In this document: positions 10,041 to 18,695 of the stretch, in pieces | Position numbering within the stretch: position 1 is the stretch's first letter | How the letters are laid out: every line of letters starts with the position of its first letter | Origin: a virus | Taxonomy: Duplodnaviria; Caudoviricetes | Virus record (IMG/VR): IMGVR_UViG_3300037608_000090 | Location: 1-43,185 of that record | DNA: 43,185 bases | Direction: 5' to 3' (one strand) | Made by a program: the position numbers and the translations under genes | The notes under the pieces: generated by a model | Told to the model about the DNA's origin: nothing | The model's input: the letters and a program-made list of their open reading frames with translations, nothing else | Database searches by the model: none

Positions 10041-10062
10041 GTTTTCACCTCGTTAATTTTCA

Positions 10063-10635
10063 TTATTCCTCCGCCCAGTTCGTCTCGCCGTCCTCGCCCG
10101 GGTGCTGCCGTTCCCCGGCGTTCTGCCGCCGGGCCTCCGGCAGGAGCGTCAGCGTCACCTCGTCGCGCAGCCGCGCCGCCAGCCGCTCATCGTTGCACAT
10201 CGGCTTGGCCAGTCGGCTGGCCAGCGTATGGACAATGGCCTCGGCCAGCATCGGCCCGAATTTCGACGGGTCGGTCAGTTGGGCCGTGTACACGATCCGG
10301 CACGTCGTGCTGTCGGTCAGGATCGCATCGCCTTCCCGTTCCCACGTCATCGCCGCCGCGTCCAGCAGCACCGTGCGCACCTTCAGGCACGCCGGGGCCG
10401 TCGGCAGCGGGTAGGCGTACAAAAATCCCCACTCCGGCCCGGCCGCCCGCCGCGCCAGCGTCGCCCGCCGTCCCGCGCACGTCCAGTCCACCGCCGCCAG
10501 CATCGCGTCCCGCGACGGGCCGTAGTGGAGCCGGCACAGCATGGCGGGCTTTCGCTGCTCGTCCAGGTTCATGAGCAGTTGATCCTCGCCGACCATCGCC
10601 AGCGCCAAATTGCAGAGGGAAATCTCGGAGATCAT
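10063..10635 (-). CDS. tail tubular protein A / head-tail adaptor (T7 gp11-like)
   Basis: SEISLCNLALAMVG...LCRLHY...W...YAYPLP...CLKV...EAIVHTLASRLA pattern; first tail gene after the capsid genes. Confidence 0.85.
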   Translation of the reverse strand: MISEISLCNLALAMVGEDQLLMNLDEQRKPAMLCRLHYGPSRDAMLAAVDWTCAGRRATLARRAAGPEWGFLYAYPLPTAPACLKVRTVLLDAAAMTWEREGDAILTDSTTCRIVYTAQLTDPSKFGPMLAEAIVHTLASRLAKPMCNDERLAARLRDEVTLTLLPEARRQNAGERQHPGEDGETNWAEE

Positions 10636-10655
10636 ACAAACGCCTCAAAATCGGG

Positions 10656-10688
10656 CCGGCGGGGCGGCATCCGTGCCGTCCGCCGCCG
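10656..10688. terminator. GC-rich stem-loop after the capsid/cement genes (possible terminator or processing site)
   Basis: cggcggggcggca-tccg-tgccgtccgccg is self-complementary; only a weak U-tract follows. Confidence 0.4.
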
Positions 10689-10707
10689 ACCCCGCAGCAT
10701 GGAGACT

Positions 10708-11133
10708 TTAGGTATTGTTTACGCGGGCCGTTTCCGGGGCCGCGTCCAGCCAGGCATCGACCGTCCCGGCGGCCAGGGCCGTCAGGGCCTCTCCGCCGAT
10801 GACATAGTGCATCCGGATGAACTTGTTCAGGTCCGCCGGCAGGACGCCGTTGAACAGCAGCTTGCCCTTTTTCAGGGCCGCCGCCGCCACCACCGGGCCG
10901 CTGGCCACGGTCACAAAGGTATCCGGGCTGCCCGACCCGTCATCGACGGCGTGCTGCAGCACCGCCTGAAGGGTGCCGTCGCCGGTGTAATCCTTGGACA
11001 CCTTGCAGATCACCGCCATCTCCTGGTGGCCCTGCGTGGCCTTGCCCATCGTCAGGACGGTGCTTTCGACGACATCGGTGACATCCCCGACCACCGCCTG
11101 CCGGCTGCTCATGACTAACATTGCATCGATCAT
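10708..11133 (-). CDS. capsid cement/decoration protein (BPP-1 Bbp16-like)
   Basis: MIDAMLVMSSRQAV...LQAVLQHA...KFIRMHYVIGG...AGTVDAWL, a ~140-aa beta-rich protein right after the capsid gene; RBS AGAAAGGA. Confidence 0.75.
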   Translation of the reverse strand: MIDAMLVMSSRQAVVGDVTDVVESTVLTMGKATQGHQEMAVICKVSKDYTGDGTLQAVLQHAVDDGSGSPDTFVTVASGPVVAAAALKKGKLLFNGVLPADLNKFIRMHYVIGGEALTALAAGTVDAWLDAAPETARVNNT

Positions 11134-11210
11134 CTCATGATCCTTTCTCACTGTGTGTTGTCTGTTGTAAAGTCAACCTTCAAAATTCAAAACGCCGAAT
11201 TCGGAAGGCT

Positions 11211-12185
11211 CTACGCGGCCAGCGTGCCCTCGTCGCTGCTGATCTGATCGACCAGCCGGATCGGGGCGCGCGACCCGAACATGATCTGGGGCTTGCCCCA
11301 CGGGTCGGTGCCGTTGTACATCACGTTGGTCTTATCCTTGGCCCGGATGTCGAACAGCGTGAACATATCGGCGTTGCAGTAGATCACCGCACCGGCTCCG
11401 CGGTTGGGCATCTTGTTCAGGATGGCGATCAGGAAATCCTCGTCGAACCCGTCCAGGTCCGTCACGTCGATGTCGCCCAGCCGGGCGATGCACCGCGCAT
11501 CCCAGATGGCCCACCCGAAGTCCGACCGGAAATACGAGACGAGCGCCTCGTAATTCTTCGTGCCGTCCACCTCGTCCGTCCAGGTCACCGGCGCATTGTT
11601 CGGCGACTTGTTGACGTGCTGGATGCCCGCCTGGCTGCCCTTGGGGTAGGTCAGGTGCACCTTCATGTCGCCGGGCTGGATGATGTACAAGCTCGTGCAG
11701 TTGGAACTGCCGCCGTGGGTATGCACGTTCGGCAGGGCCTTGCTGGCCAGCCGCACGGCCAGTCCGTCGATGCTGTCCATGTTGCCGGCCTTGTTCCCGT
11801 AGATCAGGTCCCATGCCGTGTCCTGCCCGATGGATTCGATGATCGCCTTGTCTTCGCGGGCACGCATATCGGTCGCGTTGCCGCTCAGCTCGGCCTCTTC
11901 GGCATCCACCACGCTGTACAAGGCGCGTTTCATCGTCGGTTCGAGCACCTCTTTGACCTGCGTAGCGCCCTTGCCGACGCCGCTGTTGAACCGCCGGATC
12001 TCGGACTTGGGCAAAAACACCCGCTGCTTGATGCTGTGCAGCGTCACGCGGTTGCATTCATACGCCGGGTTCATGAGGATGGCGTTCTGCTGGACCATCA
12101 CCTCGGCGATCTTGGCCGGGTTGCCGGTCGGGTCCAGCCGCTTGAGGATCTCAAGCTGGCTCATACGTTCGGGAAGAGTGATCAT
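11211..12185 (-). CDS. major capsid protein (HK97 fold, BPP-1-like)
   Basis: ~325 aa with RRFNSGV, LIYGN...DGLAVRL, TSLYII, FRSDFGWAIWDARCIARL and IRLVDQI motifs; follows the scaffold gene. Confidence 0.85.
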   Translation of the reverse strand: MITLPERMSQLEILKRLDPTGNPAKIAEVMVQQNAILMNPAYECNRVTLHSIKQRVFLPKSEIRRFNSGVGKGATQVKEVLEPTMKRALYSVVDAEEAELSGNATDMRAREDKAIIESIGQDTAWDLIYGNKAGNMDSIDGLAVRLASKALPNVHTHGGSSNCTSLYIIQPGDMKVHLTYPKGSQAGIQHVNKSPNNAPVTWTDEVDGTKNYEALVSYFRSDFGWAIWDARCIARLGDIDVTDLDGFDEDFLIAILNKMPNRGAGAVIYCNADMFTLFDIRAKDKTNVMYNGTDPWGKPQIMFGSRAPIRLVDQISSDEGTLAA

Positions 12186-12242
12186 TGTCAATTCTCCTGG
12201 TTAGACCCCCCCTGATCGGCCTTCACTGGCCGGGGCGGTCGT

Positions 12243-13037
12243 TTATGTTTTTCCATAATCCAAAAATCCGTCGGCCACCGGGGCCGACTTTCCGCCGGCG
12301 ACATACGTGTCCTCCAGCACCACCGACGCCAGCGGCAAAAACGCCTTGACCAGCGCCGGGTAATTACCCAGCTTGACCCCGTCCACCTCGACGGTTTCCA
12401 GCAGGCCCTTCAGTTCCGGCCCGCCGAGTTTTTCGACGATGCGGGCGACGGCCTCAAAATTCCCCGCCGCCTTGTCGCCAAACTCGGCCGTCATCGCGGC
12501 CATCGCCGCCTGCGTCGCCTGGACGTTGGCCTCGGCGATCTTTGCGTTAAATCCCGCAAACGCCGTCACCAATCCGCCGTACTGGCTCTGCGTCAGACCG
12601 AGCTTGTGCAGCTCGGGCCGCATTGCCGTCTCCAGCGCATCGTCGGCCGGCCCCCAGTTCGGGATGGCGGCCTTATCGACCGCATAGCCGTCCGGCGTCT
12701 CGGGCCGACCCAGCCGGGTATAGAACGCCGCCTTTTCCTCCTCCGTCGCGTTGTCCGGCAGTAACGGCACGGCGGCTTTCAGTTTCCCATCCAGTTCCAG
12801 GAACGCAGTACTCAATTCGCCTACCGTCTTGAATCGAGCCAGCGTTTCGTTCGCCTTCAGGTCATCTTTAAGCTGTGCCATCCAGCCGGCGGGCGTCTTG
12901 CCCGCCGCGGCAGTGGCGTTGGCAGCCGCCTCCTGCGCCGCCGCGGCCGCAGCCGCCGACGCATCGGGTGGTGTGTTTACCGTTTGTTCGGCGGCGGCCG
13001 GTGTGCCGGCAGCCGGTGTGTCAGTGGGGTTTTCCAT
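12243..13037 (-). CDS. capsid scaffolding protein
   Basis: Low-complexity Ala/Pro N-terminus, FYTRLGRPETPDGY motif and helical C-terminus; between portal and capsid genes. Confidence 0.8.
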   Translation of the reverse strand: MENPTDTPAAGTPAAAEQTVNTPPDASAAAAAAAQEAAANATAAAGKTPAGWMAQLKDDLKANETLARFKTVGELSTAFLELDGKLKAAVPLLPDNATEEEKAAFYTRLGRPETPDGYAVDKAAIPNWGPADDALETAMRPELHKLGLTQSQYGGLVTAFAGFNAKIAEANVQATQAAMAAMTAEFGDKAAGNFEAVARIVEKLGGPELKGLLETVEVDGVKLGNYPALVKAFLPLASVVLEDTYVAGGKSAPVADGFLDYGKT

Positions 13038-13072
13038 GCTTGTGTTCCTTATTCAAAATTCGATATTTAAAG

Positions 13073-13131
13073 ACCATGAAGACGCAAAGGGCTTTACGAT
13101 CGCATCGGTTGTTTCTTTTGGTCTTCATGGT
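13073..13131. repeat. intergenic inverted repeat (ACCATGAAGAC ... GTCTTCATGGT), REP-like hairpin
   Basis: Perfect 11-bp arms at 13073-13083 and 13121-13131, extended by CAAA/TTTG pairing. Confidence 0.7.
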
Positions 13132-13137
13132 TTACCG

Positions 13138-13404
13138 TCACTCGTCCTCCGGCATCACCGCCGGCGGAACATTCAGGATCGCCCGCGTCAGCGGCAGCGT
13201 ATCGGCCGGGTCGATCGCGCCGACCAGGGCCAGGAGCTTCGACCCGTAGTTTCGCAGGGCCACCGCCCCGGCGTCCGCCGGGTCCACGGCGTCAAAAAAT
13301 CCAAAATCGCTCAGCAGGTAATTGAGCACCTGAGGACCCCATTCGGACCGGCAAAAGACCTGCCGGAACATCATCTGTCGTTTTTGCTCCGCCGTCAGCG
13401 CCAT
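13138..13404 (-). CDS. small head-module protein (Bbp19-like)
   Basis: FRQVF...GPQVLNYLLSDFGFF pattern, in the conserved slot between portal and scaffold. Confidence 0.65.
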   Translation of the reverse strand: MALTAEQKRQMMFRQVFCRSEWGPQVLNYLLSDFGFFDAVDPADAGAVALRNYGSKLLALVGAIDPADTLPLTRAILNVPPAVMPEDE

Positions 13405-13407
13405 CGT

Positions 13408-13947
13408 TTATCCCTGTTTTTCCGGGCGTTTGTTAAAGACCTTCGGCCCGCTGCGTTTGAGCTGGTTGACAAACTTCCGGTGCCGCAGGATCCCGCTGCG
13501 GTGCAGCACCGCCTTGAGCAGCTCGATCTCTTCGGCCTGCCGGGCCACCTCTTCGGCCAGTCGGGCCACCACGCCCGCCAGCTCGTCCAGCCGCCCCGGC
13601 ATCGCCGGCTCTTCGGCCGCACCCGTCAGGGCCGCCGACAGCGCCGCCGGCGTGATCGGCTCGACCGCCCGCACCTCGCCATCCGGCATCACCACCTCGG
13701 TCGCCGCCGGCGGGGCAATCCCGCCCGTCGCCGCCGTCCGGTCGGGGTCGATCCCCAGCGTCTCGGCCTGTTCGTCCGTCAGGGGGGTCAGGGTCTTTTC
13801 CTTCAGCAGCGACCGCAGCGTCTCGATCCGCTCGACATCCTGCGGCCGGGCATTGCTCTTGAGCAGCCCGTCTTTCCGGTAGCATCGCTCCTGCAATGCG
13901 GCCAATTCGTTCTTCAGTCCGTCCTGATACGCCGTTGTGCTGTCCAT
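13408..13947 (-). CDS. hypothetical protein with C-terminal coiled coil
   Basis: ORF with an AAGGAAG RBS between the portal and Bbp19-like genes. Confidence 0.55.
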   Translation of the reverse strand: MDSTTAYQDGLKNELAALQERCYRKDGLLKSNARPQDVERIETLRSLLKEKTLTPLTDEQAETLGIDPDRTAATGGIAPPAATEVVMPDGEVRAVEPITPAALSAALTGAAEEPAMPGRLDELAGVVARLAEEVARQAEEIELLKAVLHRSGILRHRKFVNQLKRSGPKVFNKRPEKQG

Positions 13948-13979
13948 ATCCGCTTCCTTATCCAAAAGTCAAAAAGTCG

Positions 13980-15626
13980 TCAGGCATTCGCCATCGCCGC
14001 CGCCATCGGGCTGGAGGCGTCCACCGGCCCCTGGAACTTGGCCGCCGTCTCGGCCCCCTTCTGGAGCATCTCGGCCGTCCGGGCCGCCTGCTGGGCCTGG
14101 GCCCGTCCGTCGCGGAGGGCCGCCACGGCCTGTTTATCCCGCACCGCACGGCTCGGCAGCCCGCCGTTCTGCTCGCTCATGTACCGGCTCACTACGTCCC
14201 AATCGTAGTTATCCAGCACGGTCAGATCGATCTGGGCCAGCGCCCCGATGTCCCGCAGGGCCGCCCGCACCGGGCCAAGGGCGTAGTTCTGTTTCCGCGC
14301 CATCGCCAGCGGCCCGACATACTCGATCCGCACCGGTTCCTCGCCGGCCTCTTCCAGCGCCGCCGGCGGATCGGGGAGCTGCCCGGCCTGCGCCATCAGG
14401 TCATACACCCGCCCGATCACCGCGTCCAGGTCATAGCTGAGCCGCTCCATCTGCGGCCCCAGCAGGCTGGCCCGTTCGCTCTGCAGCTCGCGGATCTCCT
14501 CGGCCGTGCGGTCGCCCTTTTGCGATTGCATCGCCAGAAAAAAATCGACCGAATACCACCGCTTGATCGTCTCGCGGGCCTGTTCTTCCCGGTCCGAGCC
14601 GATGGGGTAATTGCTCCCCGTGGTGCCCGGCATGATCCGCCTCGCCGGGTCGTCATACCAGTTGATGGCGTCCGGGGTCAGTTTCAGCGTCCCCCGCATC
14701 TCGCGCGGGGCCTGCCAGAACGGCCGCGACGCCAGGTGACCGGCGTGCATCAGGCTCTTGCCCATGGCATAGAGCCGCGTAATCTCGTACTTGGCCATCT
14801 CCGCCGGGCTGATGCCGTAGGCCGAGCCGCTCCGCGGCCGCGTCCGCATGAAGGCCCCCGGCAGCGTTCCATACCCGCCCGTGCGGAGCAGATGGTCCTG
14901 CCCGACCTCCAGATGATAGCTGCGAAACGCCTTGCCCCGAAAATCCCGCGCCCCCGGCAGCGGGGCGTCATTGGGGGCAACCACCCATAAGACCTCGATC
15001 TCCGCATAGGGCTGCTCGGCCAGCATCAACTGCCGCGCCCGGCTGAGGTTGTGTTTGCCGTACTGCCGGGCCGCCTCGTGCAGGGTCAGCCGCTTGAGGA
15101 CATGCACCTCGTTGACATCGCCCCACAGGTCATTGACCAGCCAGACATCCCGCGGGTGCTCGACGTTGAAATGCAGCCGCCGGCTGGCCAGGTCCTCGTG
15201 AATGAACAGGTTGGCCGTCCCGGCCGACCCGGCGTCCACCAGATGCTCTTCCATCACCGCGTAGAAATTGCTCCGCCCCAGCACGTTGTAGATCCGGCCT
15301 TCAACATCTTTGAGCCAGTCCTTCACGTCCGGCAGCTCCAGCAGCCGCTCGTCGGCCAGCGTCAGCGTAAACCACTTGATGGCCGCGCTGACCAGATACC
15401 CCTGAATCCCGTCCACCCAGATCATCAGGGCCGACTGGGGCGAGCCGTCGAAGATCTTCTTGCCGACGGTGGAAAAATCCGTAATCGCATGCAGAAAGTC
15501 GCTGCGGTGGGGGCAGACCAGGTCCAGTACCTCCTGGATGACCGGCTCGACCGGCTGACGCATCCGCTTGACCTGCGAATGCCGCTGGGCGAGTTTTTGA
15601 ACAAGCTGTTTGTTGTCTGTATCCAC
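13980..15626 (-). CDS. portal protein (head-to-tail connector, T7 gp8/Bbp21-like)
   Basis: 548 aa with SNFY, YGISPA, RTAEEI...E...LLGP...RL and IEYVGPLAMA motifs. Confidence 0.9.
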   Translation of the reverse strand: MDTDNKQLVQKLAQRHSQVKRMRQPVEPVIQEVLDLVCPHRSDFLHAITDFSTVGKKIFDGSPQSALMIWVDGIQGYLVSAAIKWFTLTLADERLLELPDVKDWLKDVEGRIYNVLGRSNFYAVMEEHLVDAGSAGTANLFIHEDLASRRLHFNVEHPRDVWLVNDLWGDVNEVHVLKRLTLHEAARQYGKHNLSRARQLMLAEQPYAEIEVLWVVAPNDAPLPGARDFRGKAFRSYHLEVGQDHLLRTGGYGTLPGAFMRTRPRSGSAYGISPAEMAKYEITRLYAMGKSLMHAGHLASRPFWQAPREMRGTLKLTPDAINWYDDPARRIMPGTTGSNYPIGSDREEQARETIKRWYSVDFFLAMQSQKGDRTAEEIRELQSERASLLGPQMERLSYDLDAVIGRVYDLMAQAGQLPDPPAALEEAGEEPVRIEYVGPLAMARKQNYALGPVRAALRDIGALAQIDLTVLDNYDWDVVSRYMSEQNGGLPSRAVRDKQAVAALRDGRAQAQQAARTAEMLQKGAETAAKFQGPVDASSPMAAAMANA

Positions 15627-15627
15627 C

Positions 15628-15834
15628 TTACCCCAGCAATTGTTTGCCCTGCACCGTCGCCGCCTCCAGCCCGCCGGTCAATACCGTCCGTTGCTGGCCG
15701 AAGAGCTTGCGCAGCCGCTTTTTTTCCTCGTCGCCGGCCTGCCGCACGGCCTCATCGGTCTCCGAGGCCGCCGCCGTCGGGGGAGGCGCCGCCGGAGGGG
15801 GGAGTTTCGGTTTACTGCTGCCGCCTGATCCCAT
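15628..15834 (-). CDS. small virion protein upstream of the portal (MGSGGSSKPKLPPP...TVLTGG...KQLLG)
   Basis: Matches the short MG/Pro-rich ...LLG gene typically found before the portal in BPP-1-like phages. Confidence 0.65.
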   Translation of the reverse strand: MGSGGSSKPKLPPPAAPPPTAAASETDEAVRQAGDEEKKRLRKLFGQQRTVLTGGLEAATVQGKQLLG

Positions 15835-15910
15835 CGTCTAAGTCCCGCATAAGGTTTCGTCCTCACTGGTTTTTAAGACTCGCGTAGGTCTTTTGACCTT
15901 GATAGGCCGC

Positions 15911-15956
15911 AGTGTACCGACCGTCCGCGCGGCGTGTCTAACAACCAATTGGTTGT
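15911..15956 (-). promoter_or_regulatory. candidate late promoter (TAGACA-18-TACACT) with an abutting perfect 16-bp palindrome ACAACCAATTGGTTGT
   Basis: -10 at 15911-15916, -35 at 15935-15940 and palindrome at 15941-15956, in the terL-head intergenic region. Confidence 0.45.
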
Positions 15957-16051
15957 AATTTTTGATATGGGAGAAAATAAGGCAACCAGCAGGAACGAGC
16001 AGACTTTACCCGTACAAAAATTTTTCACCCCCCCGAAAATTTTCTTTTTCC

Positions 16052-17599
16052 CTACGCCTCCAGCGGGTTATACCCGGCCGTATCGCTGCGCCGCTCGTGC
16101 AGGGCGTTGTGGATAAACCCCTCCAGCCGCAGCGTCTTGTACATCACCGCCAGGCTCTTGACGGCGCTGGCGGCGTGGCTGGACCAGTCGTGCAGCGGGG
16201 CGTCGTAGAACACCTCTCGTTTTTCATCATACTCCTTGCGGTAGGCCGCCAGGCACTTGAGCAGCCAGTCGCATTTCTGGCTGTCAAACCACATCCGGTC
16301 CAGCTCCGCCCGCACCAGGTCAATGCCGTCCTGAATACTGATCTTGTCGGTGCCGAGGATGTCAAACCGCCAGCCCAGCGACGCGGCGAACTCCACCCGG
16401 CTGATCCCCGTGGACAGGTCCCGCACCCGGATGTCGTGGGGCGCGCCGTGCCGGCCGAACACATAGGGCTTTTTCTGACACTCCCGGATGCAGAACTCCA
16501 GCGATTTTCCCGTCGTTTCCTGGTAGTCGATCACCCGGATCTCGTGCCCGACCACCTGAAAAAAGACCACGCTCATCGCGTCCCGAATGCCCAGATCCCA
16601 GGCCGTATGCACCGGCAGGTGTTTTTCGTGCGGCAGAAAGCACACCCGCCCGGCGTCCCGCGCCATCCCGATCTGCTCGGCATAGTACGCCCCCTCGATG
16701 GCCGCCTCGAACGCCTCCCGCGGCGTGGACGGGTGTTCGCGTTTGATCAGGTCGCGCCCCAGCAGCTCATACTTTTTCGTGTACCAGGCCCGCTGCCCGG
16801 CGTCCAGCCGTTTACCCAGCTCGACCTCCATCCCCTCAAAATACCGTTTCAAAAACGGCGGCACGGTCACAAACTTCGGGTCCGTCCGGTTCTCGGGTTT
16901 TTGGTGCCAGGCAAAGAAGAAGAACTTAAAATCCATCGGCCCCAGCTCCCCGCCGCTGTTGGCCAGCTCTTGCGCCGTCGTAGCCCGGTCATGGAAGTCC
17001 CCAAAGTTCCCCTCCGCCGTCGATTCGATGATCAAGAGCGACCCCTGGTGCACCGTCTCCAGCGACCCGGTCCGCACCTCCTCGGCCTTCTTGGGGAACT
17101 TGGCGCAGATCTTGCCATACTCCGTCACCAGCAGGGCCTGAAGCGTCCCCGACCGCATGGAGGTGCCCACGCGGATACTGCTGTTATTGGCCAGCCGCAG
17201 CTCGTTGGCGTCATCCTTGACCGCCGGGATCCGCCGCTTGATGGACTCGGGCAGATGTTCGTAGGGGAACTTGATCTTGTCCTGAAAGATCGACTGCACT
17301 TCCTTGAGGCCGTGGGCAATGATCCCGGCGCGGATGTTGCTGTTGAACAGGCACAGGTCCAGAAAGTACAGGCAGATGAACGTGGTAAACCCGTGCTGGC
17401 GGCTCTTGAGGATGATGCACAGATACCACATCGTCATGTAGAACAGCCGCTGGATCGGCCGCATGCGGAACCGCACCCGGCGGCCCTGCTCGTCGATCAC
17501 CCAGTACAGGTGATTGAGCCGCCACGTCCGGTCCTTGAGCTTTTCGGCCAGCTCACGCTCCGACAGGCTGTTCAGCGGGCAGGCTTCGTCCGTGACCAT
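16052..17599 (-). CDS. terL: terminase large subunit
   Basis: Walker A ILKSRQHGFTT, Walker B LLVTEYG, coupling motif IESTAEG, nuclease motif WDLG and HDWSSHAASA. Confidence 0.93.
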   Translation of the reverse strand: MVTDEACPLNSLSERELAEKLKDRTWRLNHLYWVIDEQGRRVRFRMRPIQRLFYMTMWYLCIILKSRQHGFTTFICLYFLDLCLFNSNIRAGIIAHGLKEVQSIFQDKIKFPYEHLPESIKRRIPAVKDDANELRLANNSSIRVGTSMRSGTLQALLVTEYGKICAKFPKKAEEVRTGSLETVHQGSLLIIESTAEGNFGDFHDRATTAQELANSGGELGPMDFKFFFFAWHQKPENRTDPKFVTVPPFLKRYFEGMEVELGKRLDAGQRAWYTKKYELLGRDLIKREHPSTPREAFEAAIEGAYYAEQIGMARDAGRVCFLPHEKHLPVHTAWDLGIRDAMSVVFFQVVGHEIRVIDYQETTGKSLEFCIRECQKKPYVFGRHGAPHDIRVRDLSTGISRVEFAASLGWRFDILGTDKISIQDGIDLVRAELDRMWFDSQKCDWLLKCLAAYRKEYDEKREVFYDAPLHDWSSHAASAVKSLAVMYKTLRLEGFIHNALHERRSDTAGYNPLEA

Positions 17600-18086
17600 C
17601 GATCTCCTCCATCAAGGCGGTTAATCCGTCCACCGTCACCGCGTGCCGGGCGTCAGTCTTGTCGGCGGTATTCCACCGCTGCGGCGATGCGTCGATATTG
17701 CCCAGCACCAGCTTGGCCGCCGCCACGTCGCCGGCCAGCGTGATCTTTTCTTCGCGGATAATCGTCATCTTGCCGTCGTCGTCGGCGGCCCGGATGATCT
17801 TGCGCTGCACAAACCCCGTCGCCCGCTCGATCATGGATCGCTTGATGGCCCCGGCGTCCACCGCGTCCTGGACCTGATCCCAGGCCGCCGCAAACTCCGG
17901 CCTGAAGTCCTCCAGCCGCCCCGGCACCCGACGCCGCCACCGCCGCACACTCTCGCGAGACACCCCCAAGAGCACCCCCACCCGCGCATCGGACAGTTGC
18001 CCCCGCACCAGCAGCGACTGCGGCTGATCGCTAAACGCCAGCAGCCGCTCGACAAACCCCGCCTCATACTCCGTTATTCGGCCCAT
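17553..18086 (-). CDS. terminase small subunit (putative)
   Basis: MGRITEY start, HTH (SDARVGVLLGVSRESVRRW), PEFAAAW and DVAAAKLVL motifs; immediately upstream of and overlapping terL. Confidence 0.75.
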   Translation of the reverse strand: MGRITEYEAGFVERLLAFSDQPQSLLVRGQLSDARVGVLLGVSRESVRRWRRRVPGRLEDFRPEFAAAWDQVQDAVDAGAIKRSMIERATGFVQRKIIRAADDDGKMTIIREEKITLAGDVAAAKLVLGNIDASPQRWNTADKTDARHAVTVDGLTALMEEIDGHGRSLPAEQPVGA

Positions 18087-18090
18087 GGTT

Positions 18091-18651
18091 TTATTTCCTT
18101 ATTGACGATTGACGATTGACAAATGGAGGGATATAAAGTTCTGGATGCAACGCAGTATCGCAAAACTGTTTTTTGGGACACGCCGAACACATCTCCGACC
18201 ACTCCGGGACACCCATATCACATGCACAGTCAGGAGATTCATAGCCGGGCCGAAGCGAATAACAATTAAAACAGACGCAGCCGTTGATATTATCGCGGAG
18301 CGATTCCGGAAGTCGCAAATATGGGGCGGAAATATAGCGGACAACCTTGCCCATCCGGTCGGCCAGATCAATCTCAGCCCGGACGCCGACAGAATCACAT
18401 ACCCCCTCCAGCGTCAGCACCCACACCTCGTCGCACCACTGAATAAACGTCTTATCATAAGCCGCCCAAAAATTCCACCCTTTCGGTAGATCACCCGCCA
18501 ATGCGATAGGGTGGGTGTGTGAAATGGGAGAAAACACCATATTACCACGGAGCATCAAGTCGGCGGCAACCGCGTTGACCTGCTGAAACCGCGTTTCCCG
18601 GACAGCTGCCTCGGGGTGCGAATATGGGCACGCTAAATAAATCTTCTTCAT
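18091..18651 (-). CDS. DUF1937 / nucleoside-deoxyribosyltransferase-like protein with a Cys-rich C-terminal extension
   Basis: KIYLACPYSH...FSPISHTH...W...CDEVWVL...SVGVRAEI motif; the C-terminus carries CVCFNC, CACD and CSAC...C. Confidence 0.75.
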   Translation of the reverse strand: MKKIYLACPYSHPEAAVRETRFQQVNAVAADLMLRGNMVFSPISHTHPIALAGDLPKGWNFWAAYDKTFIQWCDEVWVLTLEGVCDSVGVRAEIDLADRMGKVVRYISAPYLRLPESLRDNINGCVCFNCYSLRPGYESPDCACDMGVPEWSEMCSACPKKQFCDTALHPELYIPPFVNRQSSIRK

Positions 18652-18695
18652 AAAATTCCTTTCCAATCATCAATCGTCAATCATTGATCGTCAAT

